Positions 51,988 to 64,000 of a stretch of 64,000 nucleotides of DNA are shown piece after piece (the first letter of the stretch is position 1; every line of letters starts with the position of its first letter). Source of the DNA: Lobosporangium transversale (lineage: Eukaryota); assembly GCF_002105155.1 (NCBI RefSeq), contig NW_019028997.1, positions 1 through 64,000 on the forward strand, given 5' to 3'. A program made the translations under genes and the position numbers. The notes beneath the pieces are model-generated. The model worked only from the letters and a program-made list of their open reading frames with translations, was not told the DNA's origin and did not search any database.

Positions 51988-52639
51988 GAAATTACAAATG
52001 TAGAATAGACGTTGGTCGTAAGGGAAGCTGAACAGATGACGCTTTTTACACGTTTTCAAATTCCTTGGCTTTTTCTTATTCTGGGTTACACACAAAAGAA
52101 AAAAGAAGTGCAGTGCAGCGTGACCCCATGTGCCTTTTGACTTGGCTTGTTACTTGTGAAGGTGTTTTGCAGCCATACTCCTGTTCTGTCTCTTACTCTA
52201 AAGTGTTGTGCATGTATTACACTGTTACATGATAGAGTGGAAAGAAGGAAAAGTGTCATTTTGGATGGATATGGTAGATTGTGTGCGTACATGCACCTGT
52301 ACATCTGCACAAGTGTGACAAAACAAAAAGAAATTGTTGGACGTGTTAATTGTAGAAAAACGACGTCTCCTCTTTGAACTTGTAACTGTCCCATACGACC
52401 ACCCCAGGAAAAAAAAAAAAAAAAAAACGAAGGAGGGACCAAGCTGTTGTCTTCATCTCACTTCATTGCATTTCATTTCTTCATTTTCTTCATTTCATTC
52501 CACTTCACTTCATTTCCTTTCCTTTTAGCTCCTCCTTTCCCAAAACTAAAAAAAAAAAAAAAAAAAAAAATCTCCTACAAATACATCCTTATTTTATTAT
52601 ACCATGCACAGAAACGCATTACTGGATAAACCAGACGCT

Positions 52640-55600
52640 ATGGACCTTATCAAGGTCGCAAAGGTAAAGCTAATACTACACATTCAATTCTTATTCATTC
52701 CCATTCAATGCTTGTCACTTTTTATAATTGATTCGTTCAAGGACGCAAAGTAATACTCGTGATCGTTATTTTGTATAACAATGTATTAACAAACATTTTC
52801 ACCATGTAAAAAACAAAATAAATGTGCAACAGGTCAATGGAGTTCAACTCGAAAAAGGACAGGCGACATATATCGGGAGTCTACATTTAATGCCCCACCA
52901 CCTGATTTTTGGACATCCGGAGCTGGAGATCTGGGTAAGCTCAACTTGGACAAAAGGAAGAATGGGACACTACAAAAATAAAATATAAAAAAAAAATAAA
53001 AAAAAAAAAGAATGCATGAATGCATGCTGTTTGAATCGAGCAAAGCTCCCTGTGCTAAAGTCATTATTAACTGTTTGATATGCAATACGTGGAGTGCTCG
53101 ATAGATATCTTATCCGACCATTCACACTGTCGAAAAGAGTCTTCCTACAGTACACAATACTTGGCCACTCCATATTCGGTGCTATAATTTTGTCTTCATC
53201 ACACTCAACTTCCAGACAGAGAGAGACGTTACGGATGTGTACGAGAGCATACAACGTCTGACATGTGTTAGTAAGTAAACTTTTATCATTCACAAGCCCA
53301 TAAACTACAGAACCTGGCTTCGTCCGAGAGTCGTCATTTTCTTCACCACTAAATTTTATTTTTTTCTTATTTTTCCATGTACTCATAGGCTCAGTTGAAC
53401 AGCTGTATGCATTTGTCTACACACCTTCACCTCCATTCTCCACAAAAGATGGTTGGCAAATCTACGACCCATTAGTGGAATATGAGCGTATGGGTGTGTC
53501 TTCAAGGAACGAGCAATGGCGCTTCTCCGACCTTAACAAAACCTTCACTGTAAGCTCAACAGAGTTTCATTTGAGTAAATGAAATGAAATGAACTGATAC
53601 TGAGCCAATTCGTCCACATTACTTTGAATGTCCTTCGCAGTTTTCACCAACATACCCGCGTGTACTTGTGGTACCTTCAAAAATCAGTGATGCCGTTCTG
53701 ACTTACGCTGCCAAGCACAGAAGCAAGGCCAGGATTCCAGCATTAAGCTATCTACACTGGAATAACATGGTGAGATAAACAGCATCGCGATTTTTTTAAG
53801 AAAAAAAAAAAAAAAAAAAAAAAAACAGTTCCAAACCACCATGGATACCAGGAAAGGATTGTAGTGTACTCCTTACAGAGCGATTGGCTAAGCGTAAAAA
53901 CATTACGCCAATCAAGGCTTCTATCACTAGGTCAAGCCAGCCAATGGTTGGCCTCAAACAGAACCGCTCTATACAGGATGAGAAGCTCATTGAAGCAATT
54001 TTTCTGACCAATACTCCTCAATCTCCTCCGGGACATCAAGTATATGGGAGTACAGCAACCAACCTCATTATTGATGCACGCCCAACTGCAAACGCTGTCG
54101 CTAATACCGCAGTTGGAGCTGGTACGGAAAACATGGAAAATTATAGGAATTGCAAAAAAGTCTATTCTGGGATTGATAACATTCATGTCATGCGTGATAG
54201 TTTAAACAAACTTGTTGAAGGTATTGGCCCTCTTTTCAATAATTGGAAAGCCTCATCGCGGTAACAACTTGATCATTGCAAATTTACGGATTGACTAATA
54301 TTTTTCTCACTTCGCTATTTATAGCGTTGCAAGAAATCGACACAAAAGGCACAGTTTCAAAGGCGTCACTCCAGCGATCAGGATGGTTAAAGCATATTGG
54401 GGCGATCATGGAAGGGGCGCTGATGATCGTCAAAAATATCCACGTCAGTAGCTCACACGTCCTGGTACATTGTTCTGATGGCTGGGATCGAACAGCACAG
54501 CTGACATCGGTGGCTCAGATCTGTCTTGACCCATTCTATCGTACTCTTCGAGGATTCCAGGTGTTGGTCGAGAAGGAGTGGTGTTCGTTCGGCTACAAAT
54601 TTATGGATCGTTGTGGTCATCTCTCCAATGACAAAAATTTTGTGGCACTCTCTGCCACTAATGCTGCTGCTAACACATTTGCGAACGTTCAGAGCAAGTT
54701 CTACAACAACAAACACATTCGTGAGACTAGCCCTGTTTTTCAACAATTTCTCGACTGTGTCTTCCAGATCATGCACCAAAATCCCACTCGATTCGAGTTC
54801 AACGAGTATTTCCTTACGCAGCTTCACTACCACGTCTACTCTTGCCAGTTTGGTAATTTTTTATTCAATTGTGAACGGGAAAGACGTCAATATATGGCTA
54901 CAACCAAATGTGCATCCGTATGGGACTTCATCAACTCTGATAAGGATGTGTATTTGAGCAAGACATTTCAACCGAGTGCTGATAAAGATCGTGCTGGTGA
55001 TGGCGGAGTATTGTTTCCAGATTCCAAAAATATCAAATACTGGGCTAAGCTCTTTGGGAGAACAGATGAAGAGTTGAATGCACCAGATGACAATATGAGT
55101 ATCAATAATCCTATGACAGGGCGCATGACTCCAGAGATGCTTGGATTGGAAGCAAACTATGCAGAATCCATAGCCTCAATAGGTGGTGACATTCTCACAG
55201 GCTCTGACCCTCTAGGTGCTAGTTCAGGCTCTATAACAAGCCAACCACGGGCGGGAGCAAAAAATATTACCGCACGTCCAGAAGCTTTTGCAACGGCAGG
55301 AACGATCGAAGGGGAGGACTCCTGGCAAAAGAGTGCTGAGAACATCACATCCAAATTTCCAGCAGCACTCACTGGGGCATTTAGCGGTGGCCTTGTGGAT
55401 TCCTTCAATAGATTGACAATGAATGTTCGCGATACTTGGTATGCATCGACTGCAGTCTCTGGAGCATCATCCGCAAACTCGTTTGGCGAAGATTTGACTT
55501 CTCCTTCTTCATTCAAAGAGATGCGGCCAAGCTCCGCAAGCCCCCAGTACAGGGCCGCGACTCTAGGTCGGAGCAGTAGCAATAGCAGACGAACCACTGT

Positions 55601-56018
55601 TGATCGAGAGATGCGATCGATCTCGGGCGGACAAGCCATTTATGCGCAAACCCATAGTGCTTCCTCAAGTCCTAAACATAGCCTTGCAGACTTGACTCTG
55701 GAGCACGAGATACATCAGAGTTATGCACACCTTGGGCAACAGGGAGCCCGTAAATCACCACCAAACGGCTCATCATCCTCTTCGTCCAACTCTAGACCAT
55801 CCTTCAATACACGTCATTCTCATTTGTCATCTAAGTCGAACTCCTCAACAGTAAAGCGTTCAGCAACGCCAGATCTGACGACCACTCTTCCAGCAAGCAG
55901 TGTCTCCATCGAGAGCGGAATAGCTGCAGCAGTAACTGTAGCAGAGAAAGCTGATTCAGGGCCCGAACCAGCCAAGGAGCCAGTAAAGGAGCTACCTCAT
56001 CCACTTTTTGTAGAATAA
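52640..56018 (+). CDS. YMR1: Myotubularin-family phosphoinositide 3-phosphatase (Ymr1/MTMR6-8-like)
   Basis: N-terminal PH-GRAM exons are followed by TYPRVLVVP, RSKARIPALSY, RSSQP, IIDARP, GTENMENY, the active site VHCSDGWDRT and SPVFQQFLDCV. Confidence 0.93.
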
Positions 56019-56213
56019 GCACTTTTCGTTCTATTTTTTTTTTTTTTTTTTTTTTTTTTTGCTTTTTCCCTCTTTTGCTTCTTTCAACAACAAAATACAC
56101 GTATATACCGATTGCTCGTCTTTAAAGCAAACGCAACATAATGTCTATTCATCATAAAGTAACATAAGGATAAGGGGGCTTTGAAGGGCACAATGCTTTA
56201 TTATGACTCAATG

Positions 56214-57952
56214 TTAGCTTTTTAACTGTTCGATAAATAACTCCAACTATAAACAAAGCAACAAACACATACACAGAAAAAAAAAACTTTTGTTAGTATC
56301 CTTATCGGCTATTAGTAAAAAAAAAAAAAAAAAAAAAAAAACTGTTTCCCTTATTCCAAGCATTTCAACCTGTCAGAATATAACCATCTTACCTGTATAT
56401 CGGCGAAACTAATGGTTTTGACGGGTATGATCCTGCGTTGAGGAGAGGATTTTCCAGGTATCGTTGAGAGTTTCGAACGTTCCCCAGGGACAGAATCGCA
56501 AATTGGGGTCCAAGGAAACTCTGGCTATTTAAAAAAAAAAAAAAAAAAAAAAAAAGCGGATCAAATTTTTTTCCATGAAAAATTATAATGCATTTCAAAA
56601 TCTTCTTTATCCAATAGAGACCAGTTAGTACCTTGGCATCCGGCCCCACTCCTGCGTTCTTCATCTCGATAACAACGGTAAATGAAGCATCTAAGAGGTA
56701 AAAAAAAAAAAAAAAAAAAAAAAAAATCAACGAAATGCTTTCCAATTTGAAGAACCTAATCAATATTGTCCTATACACATTTGCTAACCTTCGACCACAG
56801 GCTTTAAATAAGAGTCGCAGATACTGATCTTTAAAAGTATGGCTCTCAGTAATGCTTCTACATTGGTCGTGAAGGTAATAAGGCTCTCAAACCGTACCTC
56901 ACCATGCTCCTGTGGGCGGTATGGCTGTTGTTGTTGTTGTTGTTGTTGGTGTTGTTGCTGTCGTTGTCGACGATATTTTCCATGCGCTAAGGCCCTACGC
57001 AAAAGAAGAGCTTCTTCACCATCTTCCTCTTCATCATCCCCTTCTTCCCCCATTTCTGGATCATCAATATCGGCGTGGTAATTTGCTTGGTCGTCATTTT
57101 GATAATCAGTAGCTTTACTTTTCCCCTTTTCGTCCATAGAAGCGACTCGACTGTTCTTTGAATTTGGAGCAGCAACATTATTCATAGCGACATCTTGATC
57201 TTGGTCCAATTGAGCGAGAGCAGAAGAGAGGACCTTTCCCTCAAATGCCTGTAGCATACTCATCTCGAACACAAACCGATCGAGTGCTTGTCCTGTAGAA
57301 TCCAATGTTACAATACATATCCGATGGATAGTACCCTAAGGATATTAACCAATTTCAAAAAATAGAAATTAGAATGAGGAAAATAAATAAAAGTTTTCAT
57401 CATTCCATGCCCTATCAAACCTTTTGAAGTTCTGCCTTGATGGAACGAATGATTTGTTGGATATAGGATGTAAGGCCTGGGTGCCTTGCTGTCCGTATTG
57501 GGCATCCATACTTCTGAGTTGATTCAAAGAGCTCTTTTTTTTTTTTTTTTTTTTTGATAAGTACAGTGCGCACAGATGATCGTCCTATTGTAAAAAAGAA
57601 ATATATGTATACAAACATATACCTGGTGGATATATGCCACGGACAAAAAGAATCAAATGGATGGCAACCTCAACTAATTAAAGAAATATAACGAAAGAAT
57701 AATCCTTGAAGTCAGTCTCTATATATTGACAAAGGCAATAAATGCAGTTGAGATCACTTTCAAGAACTTACGGAACTCGCAAATAACATCACTCAAGACT
57801 AGATTTATTCAAAAAAAATAAAAATAAAAAATAAAAAAAGTATACATCAATGTTAATATACGAATGTTAACACAAATAGTTCAGGGCCTTAAGGTCTTTT
57901 TCCGTGGACAAGACATGAAGTATTTACCAACACGAGCACCATGCTCATTCAT
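56214..57952 (-). CDS. REV7: HORMA-domain protein Rev7/MAD2L2 (Pol zeta accessory subunit)
   Basis: Spliced exons give DVICEFLEVAIHLILFVRGIYPPELF..KYGCP..RHPGLTSYI, DRFVFE, VEALLRAILLKI, FTVVIE, FPW and IIPVKTI..LELFIE. Confidence 0.85.
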
Positions 57953-58052
57953 TTTGGTTCATGAATAAAGAAATGAGAATGAAAATGTTTAAGAAAAGAA
58001 AAAGGTTTTTGCCACCAATTTGTATACTTTATATTTTATTTTATTTTTTAAA

Positions 58053-58638
58053 TCAAGATTTCTTGCTGTTTGCAGAATCTTTCGATGCTTCTCTTCTCTC
58101 CTCTTCCTCCCCACGCCGCTCTTCTGAAGCCTCCCCCCCTCCTAGTGCTTCTTCTTCCCCTTCTCCTTGTTCTTCTACTTCCCTTTCTCCTTCTCCTTCT
58201 TCTTCTTCTTCTTCTTCTTCGTCGTCGTCGTCTATATTGGGTAGATTAAGGCTGGCTTTGATTGCTCGGATCTTGCGAAATACATAGTCCAGATCCGACT
58301 GTAGCTCCTTGATTAGCTTTGTATGTGCTTCGAATTTTGGATGAAGACCCGCCCATTTAACAGCCGAGAACTCGTTCAGCGCTGAAAGAGATGAATTGGC
58401 TTTTTGAAGAGACACACTCCTATATAATGTGATAATCAATAGTCAAATATTCATACACGTTAAGAAAAAAAAATTCAAAGAGCCAAAATGACTAAAATGA
58501 AGACATGGATGAATAAAGAAATCAATTCCAGCTCTTTCTATTTTTTTACATGTCAGACTGTCGCCGTTGAATCTCGGCAATCTCTGGCTCTGGTAGTGTC
58601 TCTAATAACTGAATGGCAAAGACACTTGATGGCTCCAT
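58053..58638 (-). CDS. KXD1: KxDL-motif protein (BORC/BLOC-1-related) with an acidic tail
   Basis: Two exons. KANSSLSALNEFS..FEAHTKLIKELQSDLDYVFRKIRAIK matches the KxDL family pattern. Confidence 0.8.
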
Positions 58639-58819
58639 TCAGAATGTGAAATTGATGGTAAAGACTTTAAAAAATCGTGGAAGTGTAAACAAAGCTGTTT
58701 GTGTCTTTCGGAGGGACAAGAACTCTACATGTATATACGATATTCATGAGCTAGTTTCGACGCCTATAATTTCGTTTTATTACAACATGAATATTTTATT
58801 TTTCCTATCTTTTTACTTT

Positions 58820-61237
58820 TTACTTGGTAAGACCGAGGTCTTTAGCAATCATAGCAGCGGCAATAGGATGGTAGAATGACTTGTGCTCCAAAAACGTCTT
58901 CCTTGCCAATTCAGAACCATTCTTGGCAAGATACAGTGATCGCAACAATGGACGGCAGAATCTTTTTTTTACAATAAAATAAAAAAGAGAAGGACGGGAG
59001 GTTAGACAATTCTTGATTTCACTTGAAAGCCTCGCAAGAGATAAAAGATATTGTATACATGATCTTACTTCATTCTTCCCATCGTTGTGGCAAAGGCAAC
59101 CACCTCGGGGTAAATCTTCTCATAGTCAGCTTTGAGGCAAATCATCTGCCAACGGAATTTGATCTCTGAATTACGAACTTGAGTCAAGTTGTAAAGTTCA
59201 TCCATCAGAGCCAAGTGAGAGTGAGGAAGGGGCTCAATCTCAGACACGCGCTCTAAGAAGACAACTGTTTGGGTAGAAGAGAAACCCTCAATGTCTTTGG
59301 GCGAGAACTCTGTGGGCTTTGGGACATTACGCGACTGATCCCATTTCTTGCAAAGGCAATTGCATTCCTTGGCAAGAGTATCATCAAACTTGTTGTCAAC
59401 AGGAGGCTAATAAAGAGAGAGCACCATAAAATAAAACAAAAAGTGATTGCGATATTAATACAAATAACCCATTGAATAACAGCAACAGTAGCAATAACAA
59501 GCTCCAGGGATTATTTGATCCAACTTACCATGCCTGTTCCGGTGAGCCATGCATCCCAATCGACCTTGTTCAAGAGATCGACCTTTTCCTGCCCAAAGTT
59601 CTTCTCCATAAAGGAATAGAGGAAATTCTTCCAGTCATCCGTATTGATTGAGCGACCAGCAAACTCCTGAACGTGTGCCCTCAAATAAGGCTCAAAGACC
59701 TCAGCACCGCCCAAGTGCTTTTCAAGATAGTAAAGCAAATTGAATCCCTTCTCTATTATTGGTTTTGTTCCCATCAATATTTTCATTAATGTTAGTATCA
59801 CAAAAAAAAAAAGCGGAGGAAAGAGAGCAAACTGCACACTCTAAAAATATATAATCCATTTGTTATTTTATATTGCTTACCATAGGGAACAGATGAGAAA
59901 GCATCATCAGGATCCTCGCCACGAAGACATGGGCGAAGGGCAGTGAATGGGTGATCCTTGCCATAAAGCTCAACACTCTCTACTAGCGCTTTATAGCCAA
60001 TGATAGCGCTAAATTCACTGTGCACCTTGCCTTGCATGCGACCGAGGATCTTGCGCTCCACAAATACAGTGAATCCCTCATTCAACCTAAATAAATAAAA
60101 TAATGTTAATCTTTTTATTTTTTCCCACGTTCCATCTTTCTTTTATTGCCATCCTCCACATGAGCTTTTTTTTTTTTTTTTTTTTTTTTTTTGGGGGCTC
60201 TTATAATATTGTTGTCGTTGCCTTTTTTGCTTACCAAAAGTGTTCCCAGTTTTCGGTTGTGACGAGGTTGCCCATCCAGCTGTGAGAAATTTCATGTGCG
60301 ACTACATCGACCAAAGAACGATCTCCAGCCAAGAGTGAGGGCGTGACAAAGGTTAAGCAAGGGTTTTCCATACCACCATACGGGAATGATGCAGGCAGGA
60401 CCAAGAGATCATAACGGCCCCAATCATAGGGCGTCAACAGCTCCTCCCCTGTGCGAATGAACGTCTCCGTGTCCACAAATTCCCATGCAGCAGCCTCAAT
60501 CACCTCGGGTTCAGTCCATACAGTCGAACGAGGGCCAATATCCCGACCTTCCAAGTTTCCAACTGCAAGAGCAATCAAATATGAAGGCATACGAGTCTTT
60601 TGCTGGAACTTGTAGGTTGTTGTTCCATTTGACTGCTTCTCCTCACCAATGGGGACAGCAGACATGACCGCACGCAAAGGAGCATTAATGTTGGCACTGT
60701 ACGTCAGCTTAATCGAGGGGCTGTCCTGACATGGGACCAAGGAGCGGGCGTGAATAGCTTGGCATTGAGTGAAAAGGTAAGGATGCTTGCCTCCAACCGT
60801 CTGGCTAGGCTCCAGCCATTGACACGCTGTGCACTCCGATGTTGTCGCGTACTCAATCACAAGTTTGACCATTTTATCTTTAGAAAGGGCTTGTTCAAGT
60901 TCAATGACTAAGGCAGAACCATACTTCTCGTGGCGCTTCTCCAGATTATACTATCGTATATTAATAAAAAAATAAATAAATAAAACGAACACTTGATGTG
61001 CTTGATCCTCGCGAGTTTAAAACACACCTTTAGAGCCTTGTCATCAGCTTTGACAGAGTGAATTGCAATGAAGCTGGTATCTAGAACGATCTTGGAGACA
61101 TTGTCGGCAATAGCTACAATATCGAGCTCAGCTGAGCCAGTCAAGATCTTTTGGGTAAAGTCAACAGCCAGGTTGAGGTGAATGTGGCTGGTCTTGACTT
61201 CGTCAAGGTTAGAAAGAGAAGTAGGATCGTAAGGCAT
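58820..61237 (-). CDS. LAP2: Leukotriene A4 hydrolase / M1 leucine aminopeptidase
   Basis: Motifs DPTSLSN, FTQCQAIHARS, PYGGMENP, HEISHSW.GNLVT, NEGFTV, VPYEKG, NSEIKFRW, GRMKFCRP and FYHPI. Confidence 0.96.
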
Positions 61238-61525
61238 GGTACGAGTATGATGAGAATGTAAAAAGTTGAGGATGAGAAAAGATGAATGTTTTTATTTTTT
61301 TATATGCCTCTCTCTCATTATTTTTTATTTCCTTCCGTATTTGGATGCGAACAACACTATCGTCACTCCACAAATATACGCGGCCCAATCAAATGATGGT
61401 GACCGTGAGAAAGCAATTGGCTTTTTTATTTTCGGCTTTTGGAGGTGGATGCATGTGAATATGTAGCATGTAATATCCCACTCTAATAAGCGGGTAGATG
61501 CAGAACATCAAACTTGTCTTCCATA

Positions 61526-63743
61526 TCACCCTCGGTTTCGCTCATGCTTGCGCTTGCGTCGTTCTAGTTCTGCGCGCTCTAGTTCTGCCTCTCTCTCATC
61601 TTCTTCCCTCGCAATCCGTGCACTAGAAAACGCCGTTCATCGTTGGTCATAAAAACATTATAAACGTTAGTCATAGTGCTTTTTGATAACCAATAAATCC
61701 ATTAATCATTTGTCAATTAATCAGATACCAAGCATTTACCTTCGCTTCTCCTCACGGAAAAGTTCGCTCGCGTTAGCTTCCATGTCATCATCAGAAAGAT
61801 CTTCATTCGCTGCCCGTCGTTGATACCGTGTACCAAAAATGGACCCAATAATGCCTGAAACATCAAGTTCCTCTTCATCATCAAATGGTCCTCTTCCACG
61901 CCCATTACCACGAGGCGGACTCACTCGTTTCTTAGAGGGTGGTCGTGGAGAAGGTGAGTGTGAAGAGTATCGTCGACTAGAGCCATTGCTAGCCTTGTTC
62001 TTCCCAATAGCCCTTTCACGATCACGATCACGATCGCGTTCTCTGTCACCTAGATCCCTATTCATTTTCCGCTTCACAGGTGGACTGACACTTCTCCTTC
62101 TTCGCGGGCTAATGCTCCTGTCCCTGATATCTGGGCTATAGCTTCTCTTCTTATTTACAGGACTGAGGCTCCTCTTTCTCCGTACAGGGCTTCGACTACG
62201 GCTTCTCTTCTTGGGGCTCCTACTACGACTACGACTCATAGACCGTGGACTCCGTGCAGTTTTTGAGCCACCTGTCACCTCCTTGTAAATCCGCTCAGTC
62301 TCCTTTACATCATCACCCATGAGTGCCCTTGAATATTTAGCTGCTTGAAGTGCCTTTTCACGTTGCTGCCGCATACGTTCTCTTTCCTCTTCGATCGCCT
62401 TCATCCGTCTATCGCGTTCTTCCCGTCGGCCATTTTTCGCAATTAAATCTGCATTGATTTCGTCTATGGTACGAAGATCTCTCTTTTTTGTATTGAGAGG
62501 AATCGGTCCATCACGGATAGCTTTAAGTCCAGCGTCCCGTACATGATTTAAGCCCATACCAGGACTCCTGAGTGGTGTAGGGAACATGCTTTTTGGCGCT
62601 GTGCTTCGTTTAACAGGGGCTAATAGAAACAATAGAATATTAATTATCAATAACTATACAATAGAGAGGACTTTTTAAAAAAAAAAAAAAAAAAAAAATA
62701 GCCACCGCTATTTTATTTTTCAAAAACGTCGAATGAGAGTGTGGACAACTTACGTTTTTTTAAAATTTTTGTTCCTGCGTAGGATTGTGCGGCTGAAAGT
62801 GGTCGCTCTGGGCTAATGCCTCGGTTCACTTTGAGTCTCTCTGCTGCTGCCCGACGACTATTAACTTTATCGTCATATCTGTCTCCGCCTCTACTGTAGT
62901 CCCGATCCTCAGCTCTGCTTTCTGTCTTTGATCCAGAACGCCCTGTTCTCGTTCCATTGGACATGGCAATCTTTTGTAAGTCTTCAAATGAATAATTTGC
63001 TTTTTTGGACAAAGACTATTGGATTCAATAAGAACCAATAAAGGTTGAAAAAAAAAAAAAAAAAAAAAAAAAAGTCAATTATTTAATCAACGCTTTTTTT
63101 AAAAGGAGAGGGGAAGAGAAAAGTGCCATCAAACAAGGTCAAGACACCCTCTTATCGAAGCAACATAATTCAACATGCCTTTGATGATTCAAGGGACCTT
63201 GATAGAGACGATACCCCTGAATATGTTGGTTTGGAACGTGAAGACGAATAAGTAGGACCATTGGCGCTGGCACGTTGTTTCCTAGTCCGTTCTTTTTCCT
63301 GTAATTGCCTCTCTCGTTCTTGTTCTTTTTCCTGTTGCTTGGCACGTTCTTTTGCCCTCTGTGAGGCTGCGGCATCCCGCTGACGCTGTTCTTCCTCTAG
63401 TTTTTTCCGCTGTAATTCTTCGCGGAGTAACTTTCGAGTCTCGGCTTCTTTTCGTTTCCGCTGGATTTCTTCCTGTTGCTTACGTTGAAGTTCTTCATAT
63501 TCAAGCTGTTGTTTTTTCTTTTGAAGTTCTGATTCGGTGGCGCGAGTATGCTTTGTACCAAGCTTCTTGAGGTCTTCGAACTTGATGACACAGAATGTGA
63601 CACAGAATGAAGAAATAAATGGATTTTTGATTAGTACTAAAAACATTTTACATGGAATAATCAGAGCACAAACATCTAGGTTTAATATGCTCGGATGCAT
63701 GATTCGCCATGCACATCATTTGAGTAGAGCTCACCTCACCCAT
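61526..63743 (-). CDS. SPT2: SPT2 chromatin protein
   Basis: The protein has a charged N-terminal coil, SFEDLQKIA, KRDLRTIDEI, an RS-rich region and the SPT2 C-terminus IGSIFG..DDDMEANASELFREEKRSARIAREED. The first coding exon is MGE. Confidence 0.85.
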
Positions 63744-63809
63744 ATTTTACTGTTGGCTGATTGAAGTGATTATGATATACAGCAATGTGTGTTATTTTAA
63801 GATATTATG

Positions 63810-63845
<36 letters not shown>

Positions 63846-64000
63846 GGAGAAGAAAAAAGAAAAGAAAAGAAAAAAGGAAGAGGAGGAAGAGAGGGAGACA
63901 GAGAGTGAGGATATGAAGAGTATGTAAGCAGAAAGAAGAAAGAAGAAAAAAGAAAGAATGAGGATTATTATATGCAAGCAGATGAGAATTACGTTTAAGA

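Noticed and set aside
56784..57952. Mad2 or Hop1 as the HORMA protein
   Set aside because: The motifs RGIYP..F, RHP.L..YI and LRA.LLKI fit Rev7 better.
61900..62250. SR splicing factor suggested by RS repeats
   Set aside because: There is no RRM, and the RS-rich stretch is in frame with the SPT2 C-terminal domain.
1928..63977. Many short ORFs with poly-Lys or poly-Phe runs in the ORF track
   Set aside because: They are translations of intronic or intergenic A/T homopolymers.

Overview
This is eukaryotic, intron-rich fungal DNA. GT-AG introns with CTAAC branch points, long A/T homopolymers and the gene content suggest an early-diverging, Mortierellaceae-like fungus (inference). I can support 16 spliced protein-coding genes, with exons joined by eye: a MIT-FYVE-RING Pib1-like ligase, a calmodulin-like EF-hand protein, a STYX-family phosphatase, a ~10.4-kb UNC80-like gene, mitochondrial TrpRS, Med9, MCM2, Elongin A, TAF10, a Diaphanous-type formin, a long coiled-coil protein, Pep7/rabenosyn-5, a myotubularin, Rev7, KXD1, leukotriene A4 hydrolase and SPT2 (17 counting the unnamed coiled-coil gene). 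Non-genic content includes a decayed DIRS-type tyrosine-recombinase retrotransposon, a 75-bp intronic hairpin and four diverged copies of a ~250-350-bp unit between TAF10 and the formin. I found no rRNA, tRNA or CRISPR features. The most notable observations are: poly(A) tracts occupying the polypyrimidine-tract position of several introns; a STYX orthologue that keeps its catalytic Cys; a fungal UNC80-like protein; the four-copy decayed repeat or gene-family cluster; and a very tightly packed LTA4H-KXD1-REV7 run. I cannot demonstrate a complete novel system from sequence alone. Family assignments come from motif recognition, not database searches.
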